A stretch of 32,686 nucleotides of DNA from an uncultured Candidatus Peribacteria bacterium (GTDB lineage: Bacteria; Patescibacteriota; Gracilibacteria; CAIRYL01; GCA-016699755), in the NCBI GenBank assembly GCA_964584385.1, contig CAZOZW010000004.1, positions 22,506 through 55,191 on the forward strand. The letters are read 5' to 3'. Positions 1-9,900 of this stretch are shown here, in pieces. The notes beneath the pieces are model-generated. The model was not told where the DNA came from. It was given only the letters and a program-made list of their open reading frames with translations, and ran no database searches. Within the stretch, counting starts at the first letter, position 1. The number at the start of each line of letters is the position of its first letter. The translations under genes and the position numbers were made by a program.

Positions 1-281
1 ATAAAAAAATCGTTAATCCGGAGTTTCTCGCTGTATTTTTAAATTCGCGAACGGGGCAAGCCTTGCTAAAGCAATGCATTCGCGGGGCAACAATACCGTC
101 GCTCCCTAAAAGCTGTCTAAAAACCCTGCAAATCCCGATTCCCTCACAAGCAATGCAAGAACTGATCATAAACATCAACAATAACAACCTGCGTCGTTCT
201 CGACTCTATGAAAAACGTGCCCGGCTCCATAAAGAAATCTCCGAAGCCGCTATCTCCAAACTTTTAGCCCCTCACACATGA
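1..281 (+). CDS. hsdS: 3' part of a type I restriction-modification specificity (HsdS-like) protein, 5'-truncated by the window
   Basis: The frame is open from base 3: [56 protein letters not shown]. This is the typical TRD end plus conserved helix of HsdS. Its stop overlaps the hsdM start (ATGA). Confidence 0.75.
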   Translation, partial: KKIVNPEFLAVFLNSRTGQALLKQCIRGATIPSLPKSCLKTLQIPIPSQAMQELIININNNNLRRSRLYEKRARLHKEISEAAISKLLAPHT

Positions 282-1792
282 AACCTGTTCTTACCCAAGA
301 TCATCTCAACAAAATCCTCTGGGAAGCTGCCGACTCTTCCCGTGTTCACCTCGACGCCGGGGTGTATAAGGATTACGTGCTTGTGATGCTTTTTCACAAG
401 TACCTGAGTGACCTCTCAAAGGTTCAGCACGAAAAGTATAAAAAACGCTACGGCAGTGACGAGGCGCGTATTCGCGAGAAGATGAAACTCGACCGGTTTT
501 ACCTGCCGGAGGGCACCTCTTTTGACGAGCTCTACCAACAAATCGAAAAAGATATTATTGGGCAAGAGCTCAACAAGGCCTTTCATAAAATCGAGGATCA
601 CAACAAGGGCAAGCTCGAAGGACTGCTCACCTCTTTAGACTTTAATTCAGAAAGCCGCCTTGGTAAACTGGAGCAGCGCAACAAGATGCTACGACACCTG
701 ATGCATGATTTCCACAAGATCGACCTCACACATATCGATGACGAGGTGATCGGCAATTCCTACATGTATCTGATCGAACGATTCGGCGCCGATGCGGGAA
801 AAAAAGCTGGAGAATTTTTCACTGTGCAATCCGTAGCTCGACTGCTTGCGCGACTGGCACAGCCAAAAGAAGGCGCGCGCATTTGTGATCCGGCAATGGG
901 CTCGGGTGGCTTACTACTAATGACAGGTGAAGAGATCGAAAAAAACTATAACTCTAAAAACTACGCGCTCTACGGTCAAGAATCGACCGGAAGCACTTTT
1001 CAGCTGGCACGCATGAACATGTTTTTGCACGACAAAGATTCTGCCCGGCTCGAATGGGGTGACACACTCAATAACCCCCAACTTGTTGAAAATGACCGCC
1101 TGATGCAGTTTGATGTCTGTGTGGCAAATCCGCCCTTCAGCTTGAAGAAATGGGGAGCCGAAAATGCAGAAGCAGACCAGTATAATCGTTTTCACCGAGG
1201 AATTCCACCAAAGGACAAAGGCGATTTTGCCTTTATCACCCACATGATTGAGACGGCAAAACCTAAAACCGGTCGCATTGCGGTAATCGTGCCGCATGGG
1301 GTGCTCTTTCGTGGTGGAGCGGAAGGAAAAATTCGCCAAGCACTGCTAGAGGAAAATGTCATCGATGCGGTGATCGGATTGCCTGCCGGGCTCTTCCAAA
1401 CAACAGGTATTCCGGTGGCAATCTTAATTCTCGATCGATCACGCGAAGTGAGCGGAGCGAATGAAAACAAGAAAGACATTCTCTTTATTGAGGCAAGTAA
1501 AGAGTTTGTGCCCGGTAAAGCGAAAAATGCTCTTTCTGAGACCAATGCGGATAAGATTTACCAGACATACGCCGAGCGCAAGGAAATCGACAAATTATCC
1601 CGACTTGTGCAGCCAGAGGAGATCAAGGAGAACGACTACAATCTCAACATCACGCGCTATGTCGATACATTCGAAGAGGAAGAAGAAATCGATATCGCGG
1701 CGAACCTAAAGGGGCTGGCGGAACTGGAGCCGGAGTTGGATCGGCTGGAAAAAGAGATGGAGGGGTATTTGAAAGAGCTGAAGATTGCATAA
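278..1792 (+). CDS. hsdM: Type I R-M system DNA methyltransferase subunit M (N6-adenine)
   Basis: HsdM N-terminal domain, GEFFT motif, SAM-binding motif DPAMGSGG, catalytic NPPF, and C-terminal YNLNITRYV. Confidence 0.97.
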   Translation: MKPVLTQDHLNKILWEAADSSRVHLDAGVYKDYVLVMLFHKYLSDLSKVQHEKYKKRYGSDEARIREKMKLDRFYLPEGTSFDELYQQIEKDIIGQELNKAFHKIEDHNKGKLEGLLTSLDFNSESRLGKLEQRNKMLRHLMHDFHKIDLTHIDDEVIGNSYMYLIERFGADAGKKAGEFFTVQSVARLLARLAQPKEGARICDPAMGSGGLLLMTGEEIEKNYNSKNYALYGQESTGSTFQLARMNMFLHDKDSARLEWGDTLNNPQLVENDRLMQFDVCVANPPFSLKKWGAENAEADQYNRFHRGIPPKDKGDFAFITHMIETAKPKTGRIAVIVPHGVLFRGGAEGKIRQALLEENVIDAVIGLPAGLFQTTGIPVAILILDRSREVSGANENKKDILFIEASKEFVPGKAKNALSETNADKIYQTYAERKEIDKLSRLVQPEEIKENDYNLNITRYVDTFEEEEEIDIAANLKGLAELEPELDRLEKEMEGYLKELKIA

Positions 1793-1804
1793 TTTTTTCC
1801 AAAA

Positions 1805-2821
1805 ATGACCAAAAAGATCACGATAAGTGACGAACTGACGGAATTTCTTCTCTACACCACACCCGATGGAGCGGTGAAAGTGGAAATATTTTTTCATGAT
1901 GAAAATGTCTGGTTGACGCAAAAACGGATGGCGGAACTTTTTGGAGTTGAACGCCCAGCTGTTACAAAGCATCTTCTGAATATATACGAAAGCGGCGAAT
2001 TAATTGAAGATTCAGTATGTTCCATTTTGGAACATACTGCCGAAGACGGGAAAAAGTATAAAACGAAATACTACAATCTCGACGCCATTCTTTCGGTAGG
2101 ATATCGAGTGAATTCTTCACAGGCAACACAGTTTCGCATCTGGGCGACAAAAGTTTTAAAAGCATATCTCATCAAAGGATTTGCGATGGATGACGAACGA
2201 CTGAAAAACGGAATGTATTTCGGAAACGATTATTTTCATGAGCTTCTCGAAATAGTCCGCTCCATACGTACCAGCGAACGGCGGATTTACCAAAAAATAA
2301 CCGACATCTTTGCCGAATGTTCGATTGATTATGACTCGCAATCAGAAATCACAAAAAACATATTTGCGACTGTGCAGAATAAGTTCCACTTTGCGATAAC
2401 CGGAAAAACTGCTCCCGAGATAATTCACAAAAGTGCGGATTGCACCAAGGCAAAAATGGGATTAACATCATATAAGCATTCCCCAAGGGGACGAGTGCTG
2501 AAATCAGATGTCACCATTGCAAAGAACTACCTTTCAGAAGAGGGGATCAAAAAGCTCGAACGGACGGTTTCGTCATACTTCGATTATATTGAAAACCAGA
2601 TTGAACAGAAAAATGAGTTTACCATGGAATCGCTGGCAGATTCGGTAAATCGGTTTTTGGAGTTCAACAATTTTAAGGTGTTAGAAAATGCTGGCAGTAT
2701 TTCTCGAAAAATGGCCGAAAAAAAAGCACTTGAAGAGTATGATGAATTCAATAAGACTCAGGAGATTGAGAGCGATTTCGATCGGGTAGTGAAGAAAGTG
2801 CTGGGCAAAAAAGAGGCGTGA
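1805..2821 (+). CDS. rhuM: Virulence RhuM family protein
   Basis: Signature segments ENVWLTQKRMAELF, YYNLDAILSVGYRVNS-QATQFRIWAT, IRTSERRIYQKITDI and FATVQNKFHFAITGKTA. Confidence 0.93.
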   Translation: MTKKITISDELTEFLLYTTPDGAVKVEIFFHDENVWLTQKRMAELFGVERPAVTKHLLNIYESGELIEDSVCSILEHTAEDGKKYKTKYYNLDAILSVGYRVNSSQATQFRIWATKVLKAYLIKGFAMDDERLKNGMYFGNDYFHELLEIVRSIRTSERRIYQKITDIFAECSIDYDSQSEITKNIFATVQNKFHFAITGKTAPEIIHKSADCTKAKMGLTSYKHSPRGRVLKSDVTIAKNYLSEEGIKKLERTVSSYFDYIENQIEQKNEFTMESLADSVNRFLEFNNFKVLENAGSISRKMAEKKALEEYDEFNKTQEIESDFDRVVKKVLGKKEA

Positions 2822-2849
2822 TTATAAAATTTTACTTTTTCATCGTTTT

Positions 2850-3083
2850 ATGACGAACTACCATGTTACACCTGACGGCAAAGATTGGGCGGTAAAAAAA
2901 GCTGGTGGAGAAAGGGCCAGTGCAAAAGCCACCACACAAGCTGCAGCAGAAAAAATTGCGAAAGGTTTTTGCAAAAATGCAGGGGGTGGTGAAGTGCGGA
3001 TTCACGGAAGGGATGGAAAAATTCGCGATAGCGATACTGTTCCACCAGGCAATGACCCTTGCCCGCCTAAAGATAAGAAGTAA
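2850..3083 (+). CDS. DUF2188 family small protein
   Basis: Pattern HVTP..KDWAVK..G..RAS....TQ..A...A......GEVRIHGRDGKIRD......NDP.PP is characteristic of DUF2188. Confidence 0.88.
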   Translation: MTNYHVTPDGKDWAVKKAGGERASAKATTQAAAEKIAKGFCKNAGGGEVRIHGRDGKIRDSDTVPPGNDPCPPKDKK

Positions 3084-4021
3084 TGCAAGAGAAGTCATTG
3101 CCGCCATTGGCAGTGTTACCAGTACATTTTAATGTACCAGAGCATTTTATTCCTTTGTCTGATTTTTTAAATACTGCCAAGGGGATAGAAACAGTTGCAC
3201 AAAGCCTGGCATCAAAACTATTTAAAGAGAGTGTTTTGATTTCCGTAGTTGTTTTACCACCTGAACAGGGAACCTTAAAATCTAGTCTTGGTTTCATGTT
3301 ATTAGGAGGTTTAATGACTTTTACAATTATGAACGATGCTTTTGTAGAGGGGCTTACCGGTGTTGATCCTGACAAAGTTCGTTTAGAGGCAGGCAAGGGT
3401 ACGAGAGGTGCCATTGAATTTGTAGCGGCTTCAACAAGAAATTTTCTTGAAAAAGAAAATAAGAATTTATGTAGCTACGGAATTGATTACGAAAAATTTT
3501 CGGCAGCCTACGCAGGCAAAGACACATTCTTTAAAACATGCCTGAATAATCCGAAAATTAGCGGTGTCGGCTTTAATCATGAACATAAGTTTTCCGTGCC
3601 AAGATCCGGATTTGTGGCACGGATCAGACCAGAAGAGGAAGATGAACCAAAAAAGTATTTATTACATGATGTAGTAATAGTTTCACCAATTATTAGCAAA
3701 GAAAGCAAAGCACAATGGCTAACCAAAGATATTGTTACAAAAAAAACACTCCGCTTCCATATGGAAGATGAAGATTTTAAAGAGAAGCTGTTTAATCATC
3801 AATATAGCTTTACCGCAGACGATACCATTACCGCTCTGGTGAAATATGAAAAACAAGATGTGAACGGTAACATGCTTTACAAAAAAAGTGCAGTCAAGAT
3901 TTACAGACTAAATGATGAGGAGTTCGCAAAAGTACCCGATGAATTGGAGATAACAAATATCATGCACAATGAAGATGACGACAATAGTGAGATGGACAAA
4001 AACCAAATAGTCATGTTCTAA
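3083..4021 (+). CDS. Hypothetical protein (312 aa) with a central hydrophobic helix, possible C-terminal OB-like beta domain and an acidic tail ending QIVMF
   Basis: Long AT-rich ORF, coupled by TAATG overlaps to both neighbours. No family recognised with confidence. Confidence 0.8.
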   Translation: MQEKSLPPLAVLPVHFNVPEHFIPLSDFLNTAKGIETVAQSLASKLFKESVLISVVVLPPEQGTLKSSLGFMLLGGLMTFTIMNDAFVEGLTGVDPDKVRLEAGKGTRGAIEFVAASTRNFLEKENKNLCSYGIDYEKFSAAYAGKDTFFKTCLNNPKISGVGFNHEHKFSVPRSGFVARIRPEEEDEPKKYLLHDVVIVSPIISKESKAQWLTKDIVTKKTLRFHMEDEDFKEKLFNHQYSFTADDTITALVKYEKQDVNGNMLYKKSAVKIYRLNDEEFAKVPDELEITNIMHNEDDDNSEMDKNQIVMF

Positions 4022-4614
4022 TGTTTATTAAAAAAACACCTAAAGGCACTATAAATAAAATAAGTAAATATCACAATTCTGCTTTTTTTGCCTGGTCTGG
4101 ATGGTTTTTTTCCATGCTTGGGGTTGCAGTAAGCATTTGGACACTAGCCGTACCAGTTCAAAACATAGAAGAAAAAACAGAGCAGATTGGCAGCGAAATC
4201 GTTACTCTTCAAAGGGCAATGCAAACAAATGGTGCGAAAATGGCTTTAAGGAATTACTTTTATCTACTTGAAACGCAACGCTTTTCAGATGCCTGGAATA
4301 TGCACACAAAGGAAAAAAAGCAAAATACCAAAGACGGTTTACAAGCCTTTGAGCGGTGGCTAAAAGATTTTATAGCCTTTGAGAATTTTAAAATAACGGA
4401 AATCAAAGAAAGCGTAAGTACTAAGGTGTTTTTAGTGGAATTCGATTTTAAAAAACGCGGGTTAAAGCCAGTAGAATCAAAATGGGGAATGTACATGAAA
4501 TGGGAAGATGATGATTGGAAGCTCGATTATACAAGTGTATACTTTGAAAACGAATGGAAGAAAAGTAAAGAAGATGCATGTACTTTTTATTATGGGTTTT
4601 CAATCTGCACATGA
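4021..4614 (+). CDS. Hypothetical single-pass membrane protein (197 aa), possible NTF2-like extracytoplasmic domain
   Basis: Basic N-terminus, TM segment FFAWSGWFFSMLGVAVSIWTLAVPV, a short coiled coil, then YFYLLETQRFSDAW...WKLD. Its stop overlaps the hsdS start (ATGA). Confidence 0.78.
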   Translation: MFIKKTPKGTINKISKYHNSAFFAWSGWFFSMLGVAVSIWTLAVPVQNIEEKTEQIGSEIVTLQRAMQTNGAKMALRNYFYLLETQRFSDAWNMHTKEKKQNTKDGLQAFERWLKDFIAFENFKITEIKESVSTKVFLVEFDFKKRGLKPVESKWGMYMKWEDDDWKLDYTSVYFENEWKKSKEDACTFYYGFSICT

Positions 4615-5789
4615 GTAACAAAAAAAAACTAATCGGTTGGAAAAAGTATAAACTGGGTGTTATTGGCAGGGTTTCGATGTGCAAAAGAATTTTCAAGGAT
4701 CAGACTACAAGCAATGGTGACATTCCATTTTATAAGATTGGAACCTTTGGCAAAGAGCCGGATGCATATATATCAGAGAATATTTATGACGAATATAGTC
4801 GGAAATATCCATTTCCAAAAGTGGGTGAAATATTGATATCTGCCTCAGGGACAATCGGGCGAACAGTTATGTATGACGGTAAACCGTCTTATTTTCAGGA
4901 TTCAAATATTATTTGGTTGGCAAATGATGAAAAAATAGTTCTCAATTCTTTTTTGGCTTATGCCTATAGCTTGGTGAACTGGGTGACCGAGAGCGGCACA
5001 ATTGCAAGGCTATACAACGACAATTTTAAAGTGATAGAAATTGTTACTCCTCCACTCCCCGAACAACACCGCATCGTCGCCGTGCTCGAAACCTGGGACA
5101 AAGCCATAGAAAAACTGACTCGAAAAATCGAACTGAAGAAAAACATCAAAAAAGGATTGATGCAAAAACTGCTCACGGAGAAAGTGCGATTACCGGGGTT
5201 TACAGAAGAGTGGGTGACGGTGGAATTGGGGGGTGTCTGCAAGATAACAATGGGACAATCGCCAGCTTCTTCTTCGTACAACGAAGAAGGCAACGGACTA
5301 CCCCTCATCCAAGGTAATGCAGACATTAAAAACAGAAAGACAATAAGGAGAGTTTGGACAACGGCACCTTCAAAAACATCTGATGAAGGCGACATTATCC
5401 TTACAGTAAGAGCGCCTGTTGGCGTTGTTGGGATATCACAGAATGAGGTATGTATTGGTCGAGGGGTTTGCTCGATAAAAGTAAAAGGGTTAAATAAAGA
5501 TTTTGTTTTTTATTACCTAATTTTAATCGAGTCAAACTGGAAATCTTATGAGCAAGGCTCAACCTTTTCTGCAGTAAATAGCTCAGATGTTAAGGGGCTA
5601 AATCTTTTTGTTCCAAAGTCCAAGGCTGAACAAAACGCCATTGCTCGCATCCTCACTACTGCCGACACTGAAATCGAAATCCTTGAAAAAAAACTCTCCC
5701 GTCTGCAGGAACAAAAGAAGTATCTGCTCAACAATCTTGTTACTGGTAAAATCCGTACGCCGGAGAATTTGAAGATTTCACATGTATAG
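4611..5789 (+). CDS. hsdS: Type I R-M specificity subunit S (two TRDs)
   Basis: Two TRDs separated by the conserved helix PPLPEQHRIVAVLETWD...KKGLMQKLLT and ending EQNAIARIL...KKYLLNNLVTG. Start placed at ATG 4611 from the ATGA overlap. Confidence 0.96.
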   Translation: MSNKKKLIGWKKYKLGVIGRVSMCKRIFKDQTTSNGDIPFYKIGTFGKEPDAYISENIYDEYSRKYPFPKVGEILISASGTIGRTVMYDGKPSYFQDSNIIWLANDEKIVLNSFLAYAYSLVNWVTESGTIARLYNDNFKVIEIVTPPLPEQHRIVAVLETWDKAIEKLTRKIELKKNIKKGLMQKLLTEKVRLPGFTEEWVTVELGGVCKITMGQSPASSSYNEEGNGLPLIQGNADIKNRKTIRRVWTTAPSKTSDEGDIILTVRAPVGVVGISQNEVCIGRGVCSIKVKGLNKDFVFYYLILIESNWKSYEQGSTFSAVNSSDVKGLNLFVPKSKAEQNAIARILTTADTEIEILEKKLSRLQEQKKYLLNNLVTGKIRTPENLKISHV

Positions 5790-5791
5790 AA

Positions 5792-5862
5792 TTCGAACAT
5801 GTTTTTAAAATATGTTCGAAATATTGAAAAAAGCGAACATATAAGATATAATCAGTTCGAAA
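5792..5862 (+). promoter_or_regulatory. Sigma70-type internal promoter upstream of fic, with a 14-bp inverted repeat and repeated CGAAC/GTTCG half-sites
   Basis: TTGAAA (5824-5829), 17 nt, TATAAT (5847-5852). Inverted repeat TTCGAACATGTTTT-t-AAAATATGTTCGAA (5792-5820). Further CGAACAT inside the spacer and GTTCGAA just after the -10. Confidence 0.65.
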
Positions 5863-5879
5863 ATTTTAAAAAACCACTC

Positions 5880-6962
5880 ATGACAACTTCCTCGTACCAC
5901 ATACCCACGCTTCCGCTCTCCAAAAGCATTATTACAGAGCAGATCTGGAAAAGAACTATTGCGGCAAATAAAGTTATTGCAGAGCTCAAGGGTGTCGCGC
6001 AAACCATTCCCAATCAGTCACTCCTTATCAACACCCTGTCGATTCAGGAATCAAAGGACAGTTCCGAAATCGAAAGCATAGTGACCACTCATGATGAGCT
6101 TTTTCGTTTTGATAGAACCTCTTCTGATTCTTTTTCTCCTGCTGCCAAAGAAGTGTTTCGCTATAATGACGCCCTGTTTTATGGCTTTCATAAGTTAAAC
6201 AAACGACCGATTTCGAATAACCTGCTTATTGAAATCGCAAAAATCATCACCGAACGAAATACGGGTTTTCGAAATGCCCCCGGTACAACACTAAAAAACG
6301 GAGTCGGAGAAATCGTATATATGCCGCCACAGAACCATACCGAGATTGTAAAGCAGATGAAAAACCTGGAGGAATTTATCAATGATCCTGAAATGTCCGA
6401 TTTTGATCCGCTGATTAAAATGGCAATCATCCATCATCAATTCGAATCAATTCATCCGTTCTTTGATGGCAACGGGCGAACCGGACGAATTTTGAATATA
6501 TTGTATCTTATATCACAAGACATATTAGAGATTCCGATTCTATATTTGAGCCGCTACATCACCCAAAACAAATCCGATTATTATCGCTTACTGCAAAAAG
6601 TTCGCGATGAAAGTTCTTGGGAAGAATGGATAATATTTATGCTCCTTGCCTTGGAATCAACATCACGGCAAACCATCGTTATGATCGAAGAAATCAAAAA
6701 AATGATGAGCGAATATAAAAAGGTTTTGCGCGAGCAGACCAAGATCTATTCACATGAGCTCATCAATAATCTTTTTTCACATCCATACACAAAGATCGAT
6801 TATGTTTCAAAAGATACGGGAGTAAATCGGCAAACCGCATCTCGTCATTTAAAGCAGCTGGAATCATTTGGGTTGTTGACTGCACATGAAAGCGGCAGGA
6901 ATGTTTATTATATTAATACAAAACTCCTTAAACTCTTTACCGATCTCAATCATGCAAGCTAA
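5880..6962 (+). CDS. fic: Fic family protein adenylyltransferase with N-terminal inhibitory helix and C-terminal HTH (SoFic-like)
   Basis: Catalytic motif HPFFDGNGRTGR, inhibitory-type motif ESKDSSEIES, and C-terminal HTH (VNRQTASRHLKQLESFGLL). Start moved to ATG 5880, downstream of the promoter. Confidence 0.93.
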   Translation: MTTSSYHIPTLPLSKSIITEQIWKRTIAANKVIAELKGVAQTIPNQSLLINTLSIQESKDSSEIESIVTTHDELFRFDRTSSDSFSPAAKEVFRYNDALFYGFHKLNKRPISNNLLIEIAKIITERNTGFRNAPGTTLKNGVGEIVYMPPQNHTEIVKQMKNLEEFINDPEMSDFDPLIKMAIIHHQFESIHPFFDGNGRTGRILNILYLISQDILEIPILYLSRYITQNKSDYYRLLQKVRDESSWEEWIIFMLLALESTSRQTIVMIEEIKKMMSEYKKVLREQTKIYSHELINNLFSHPYTKIDYVSKDTGVNRQTASRHLKQLESFGLLTAHESGRNVYYINTKLLKLFTDLNHAS

Positions 6963-9900
6963 TTTTGACGAAGCACGGCAATCGCAACTCCCGGCAGTGG
7001 AACTTCTCATCAATATGGGATACACCTATCTTTCGTGCGAAGAACTCAAACGCCAACGCCAAGAAGATAATGGAAGATTTATTCTCAAGGAAATTGCCTT
7101 TGAGAGTCTGAAAAAGATCAATCACTTTGAATACAAAGGCGAAACATATCCCTTTGGCGATAAGAATGTGTGGGATGCGATTGAAGAATTGGAAAATATT
7201 CAAGTTCAAGGGCTCCAAGATACTGCCCGAGAAGTCTATCATCTCATTATGACCGATGGAGGAAAGACTTTTCCTGTCACGATTGACGGACAGGTCTCGT
7301 CACAGAACTTTCGGTTTATCGATTTTAAAAATCCACAGAATAACAGCTTTCATGTGGCGGTCGAAGTTCCCGTCAATGGAAAACGAGAGAATATTCGCCC
7401 CGATATTGTCTGTTATGTAAACGGGATTCCGTTTGTGGTGATCGAGAACAAAAAATCGGGAACGGAAGTGAAAGATGCATTGCATCAAATGATCCGCAAC
7501 CAGAAACCGGATTTTAGCCCGAAATTTTTTGTCTATCCTCAATTACTGTTCGGAACGAATGCTGAAGAATGCTTGTATGGTACCACGGGCACACCTGCAA
7601 AGTTTTATGCCGCCTGGAAAGAAAAAGAAACCGATAATAAGGCGCTTGATGAAAAGATTCAGCAGCATATCCATACGCATATCGCTGAAGAAACGCATAA
7701 GACCATTTGCGCCGACCTTAATGGTACGACCAAAGGTCACACTCAGTTAACCGATCGACTGGCAACGAAACAAGACAAGACGTTATACTCTTTACTCCGC
7801 CCGGAGCGCTTGCTCGATGTAACTCGGCACTACATGCTGTTTGACGGTGGCACAAAAAAAATAGCCCGTTACCAGCAATATTTTGCAATTCACAAAATGC
7901 TCATGCGTGTACTCCCCCGAGAGCCTGGCTTCGAAGGCACAAAGCGACAAGGTGGAATCGTTTGGCATACTCAAGGATCGGGGAAATCACTTACGATGGT
8001 GCTATTCGTCAAGGCTCTGATTCAAAACCCCGAAATCATTAATCCGCGAGTACTCATCATTACCGATCGCGTCGATCTGGATCGGCAGATCTCTAATACG
8101 TTTAAAAATTGCAATCTGAAAAAAGAAGTCATTCAAACCAAAAGTGGAGATCAGTTATTTCGGCTGATTAAAGAGAAAAGTCCGGCAGTGATCACATCAC
8201 TGGTACATAAGTTTGGCTCACTGCGCCAAAAACAAAAGAATTTTTTCGATAAAGATCCGAATATTTTTGTGCTTGTTGACGAGGCACATCGTACCCAAGG
8301 CGGATTCGATAGTGAAGATATGAGAAAAGTTATTCCGAATGCTTGCTTTATTGCGTTTACCGGAACGCCGTTGTTAAAAAATAATAAATCAGAGTCGCGC
8401 TTTGGCGGCTTCATCGACAAATATACGATTGATGATGCTCTTGATGATGGCATCATTTTGCCCTTGATATATGAAGGACGATACACTGAATTAAAGCAAA
8501 ATCAGGAAAAGGTAGACCGTCATGTTGAGCGAATTAAAGAAAATCTCGCAAAAGAGATATACAACCGAACAGATATCTCAGAAAAGCAAAAAGAAAAAAT
8601 CCTCTCAAAGTCGCTCCAAGAGCTACAAAGGTTTATCAACAAAAAAGCGATCACGAATAATCCACACCGAATAGCCGAAATCGCATACGACATTGAAGAA
8701 CACTATTGTGATTATTTTCAGGGCACAGGTCTCAAAGCTCAACTCGTTGCCCCATCCAAATATTCCGCCTTGCTTTTTCAAAAAGTATTCGAAGAAACCG
8801 GTAAACTGCAAACAGCAGTAGTTATTTCTGAAGCACAAAGTCATGAAGATGAGACCGACAGTCACAAAAGGGAAGTGGCCGAGTTTTTGCGGAAAAAGGC
8901 AACGGATTATAAAGATCTGGATAGCTATGAGAAAGCTGTCATCGACAGTTTTAGCAATGACCCAGACGGGATTGAGGTTTTGATAGTGGTTGATAAACTG
9001 CTTACGGGATTTGATGCCCCGCGCAATACCGTGCTCTACCTCACCAAAGACCTTAAAGATCATAACCTCTTGCAGGCTATCGCCCGGGTAAACAGGCTCT
9101 ATGACAACAAGGAAAAACCCAAAACAGCTGGTTTTGTGATTGATTACTCCGAAAATGCACAAAACATCAAATCGGCGATGGAACTATTTGGGAACTTCGA
9201 GACGGATGATGTCAAAGGCATACTGATAGATGCTTCTCAAAAAATCTCTGAATTAGAACAGGCGTATAGTGCACTTGAAGGGCACTTTAAGAGGATAAAG
9301 AACAAAAGTGACACAGAGAGTTATCTAGATTTTTTGGGAACAGAACTGGAGGGTGAGCAACGCCGGAATGAGTTTTATAAACTGTTCAATGCCTTTGTGA
9401 GGAACTTTGATGAATGCATGTCATTGCCGGATTTTTCATCACGATTTCACCATCTCGATACGTATAAACTGGAGTTAAAGCGCTACAACGAACTGCGCAA
9501 AACCGCACGATTTAAATTTGCTGATAAGAAGGATTTATCAGAATATAAAAGGCAACTTGTTCATATTTTGGATCAGTACATTGATGCGGAGAAAGTGGAG
9601 TTATTAACCGAACCCATCAATATCAATGATTCAGCGGCGTTTGATAGGGCACTGGAGGAGCTGGGCACACCGAAGTCGAAAGCGGAAGCGATAGCATCTC
9701 AGATGCAGCGAACAATTAGGGAAAAAGCTGACAAAGACCCGGAATTCTACCGGAGATTCTCTGATAAAATCCACGAAATACTGAAAAAAATGAGAGAGGG
9801 GAAGATGGCAGATATTGAAGTTCTGGCTCAATTGAAAGAGGCGAAAGAGAAAATGCTAAACAAAGAAGACAAGGAAATTCCGGAAGACTTGAAGCAGTCG

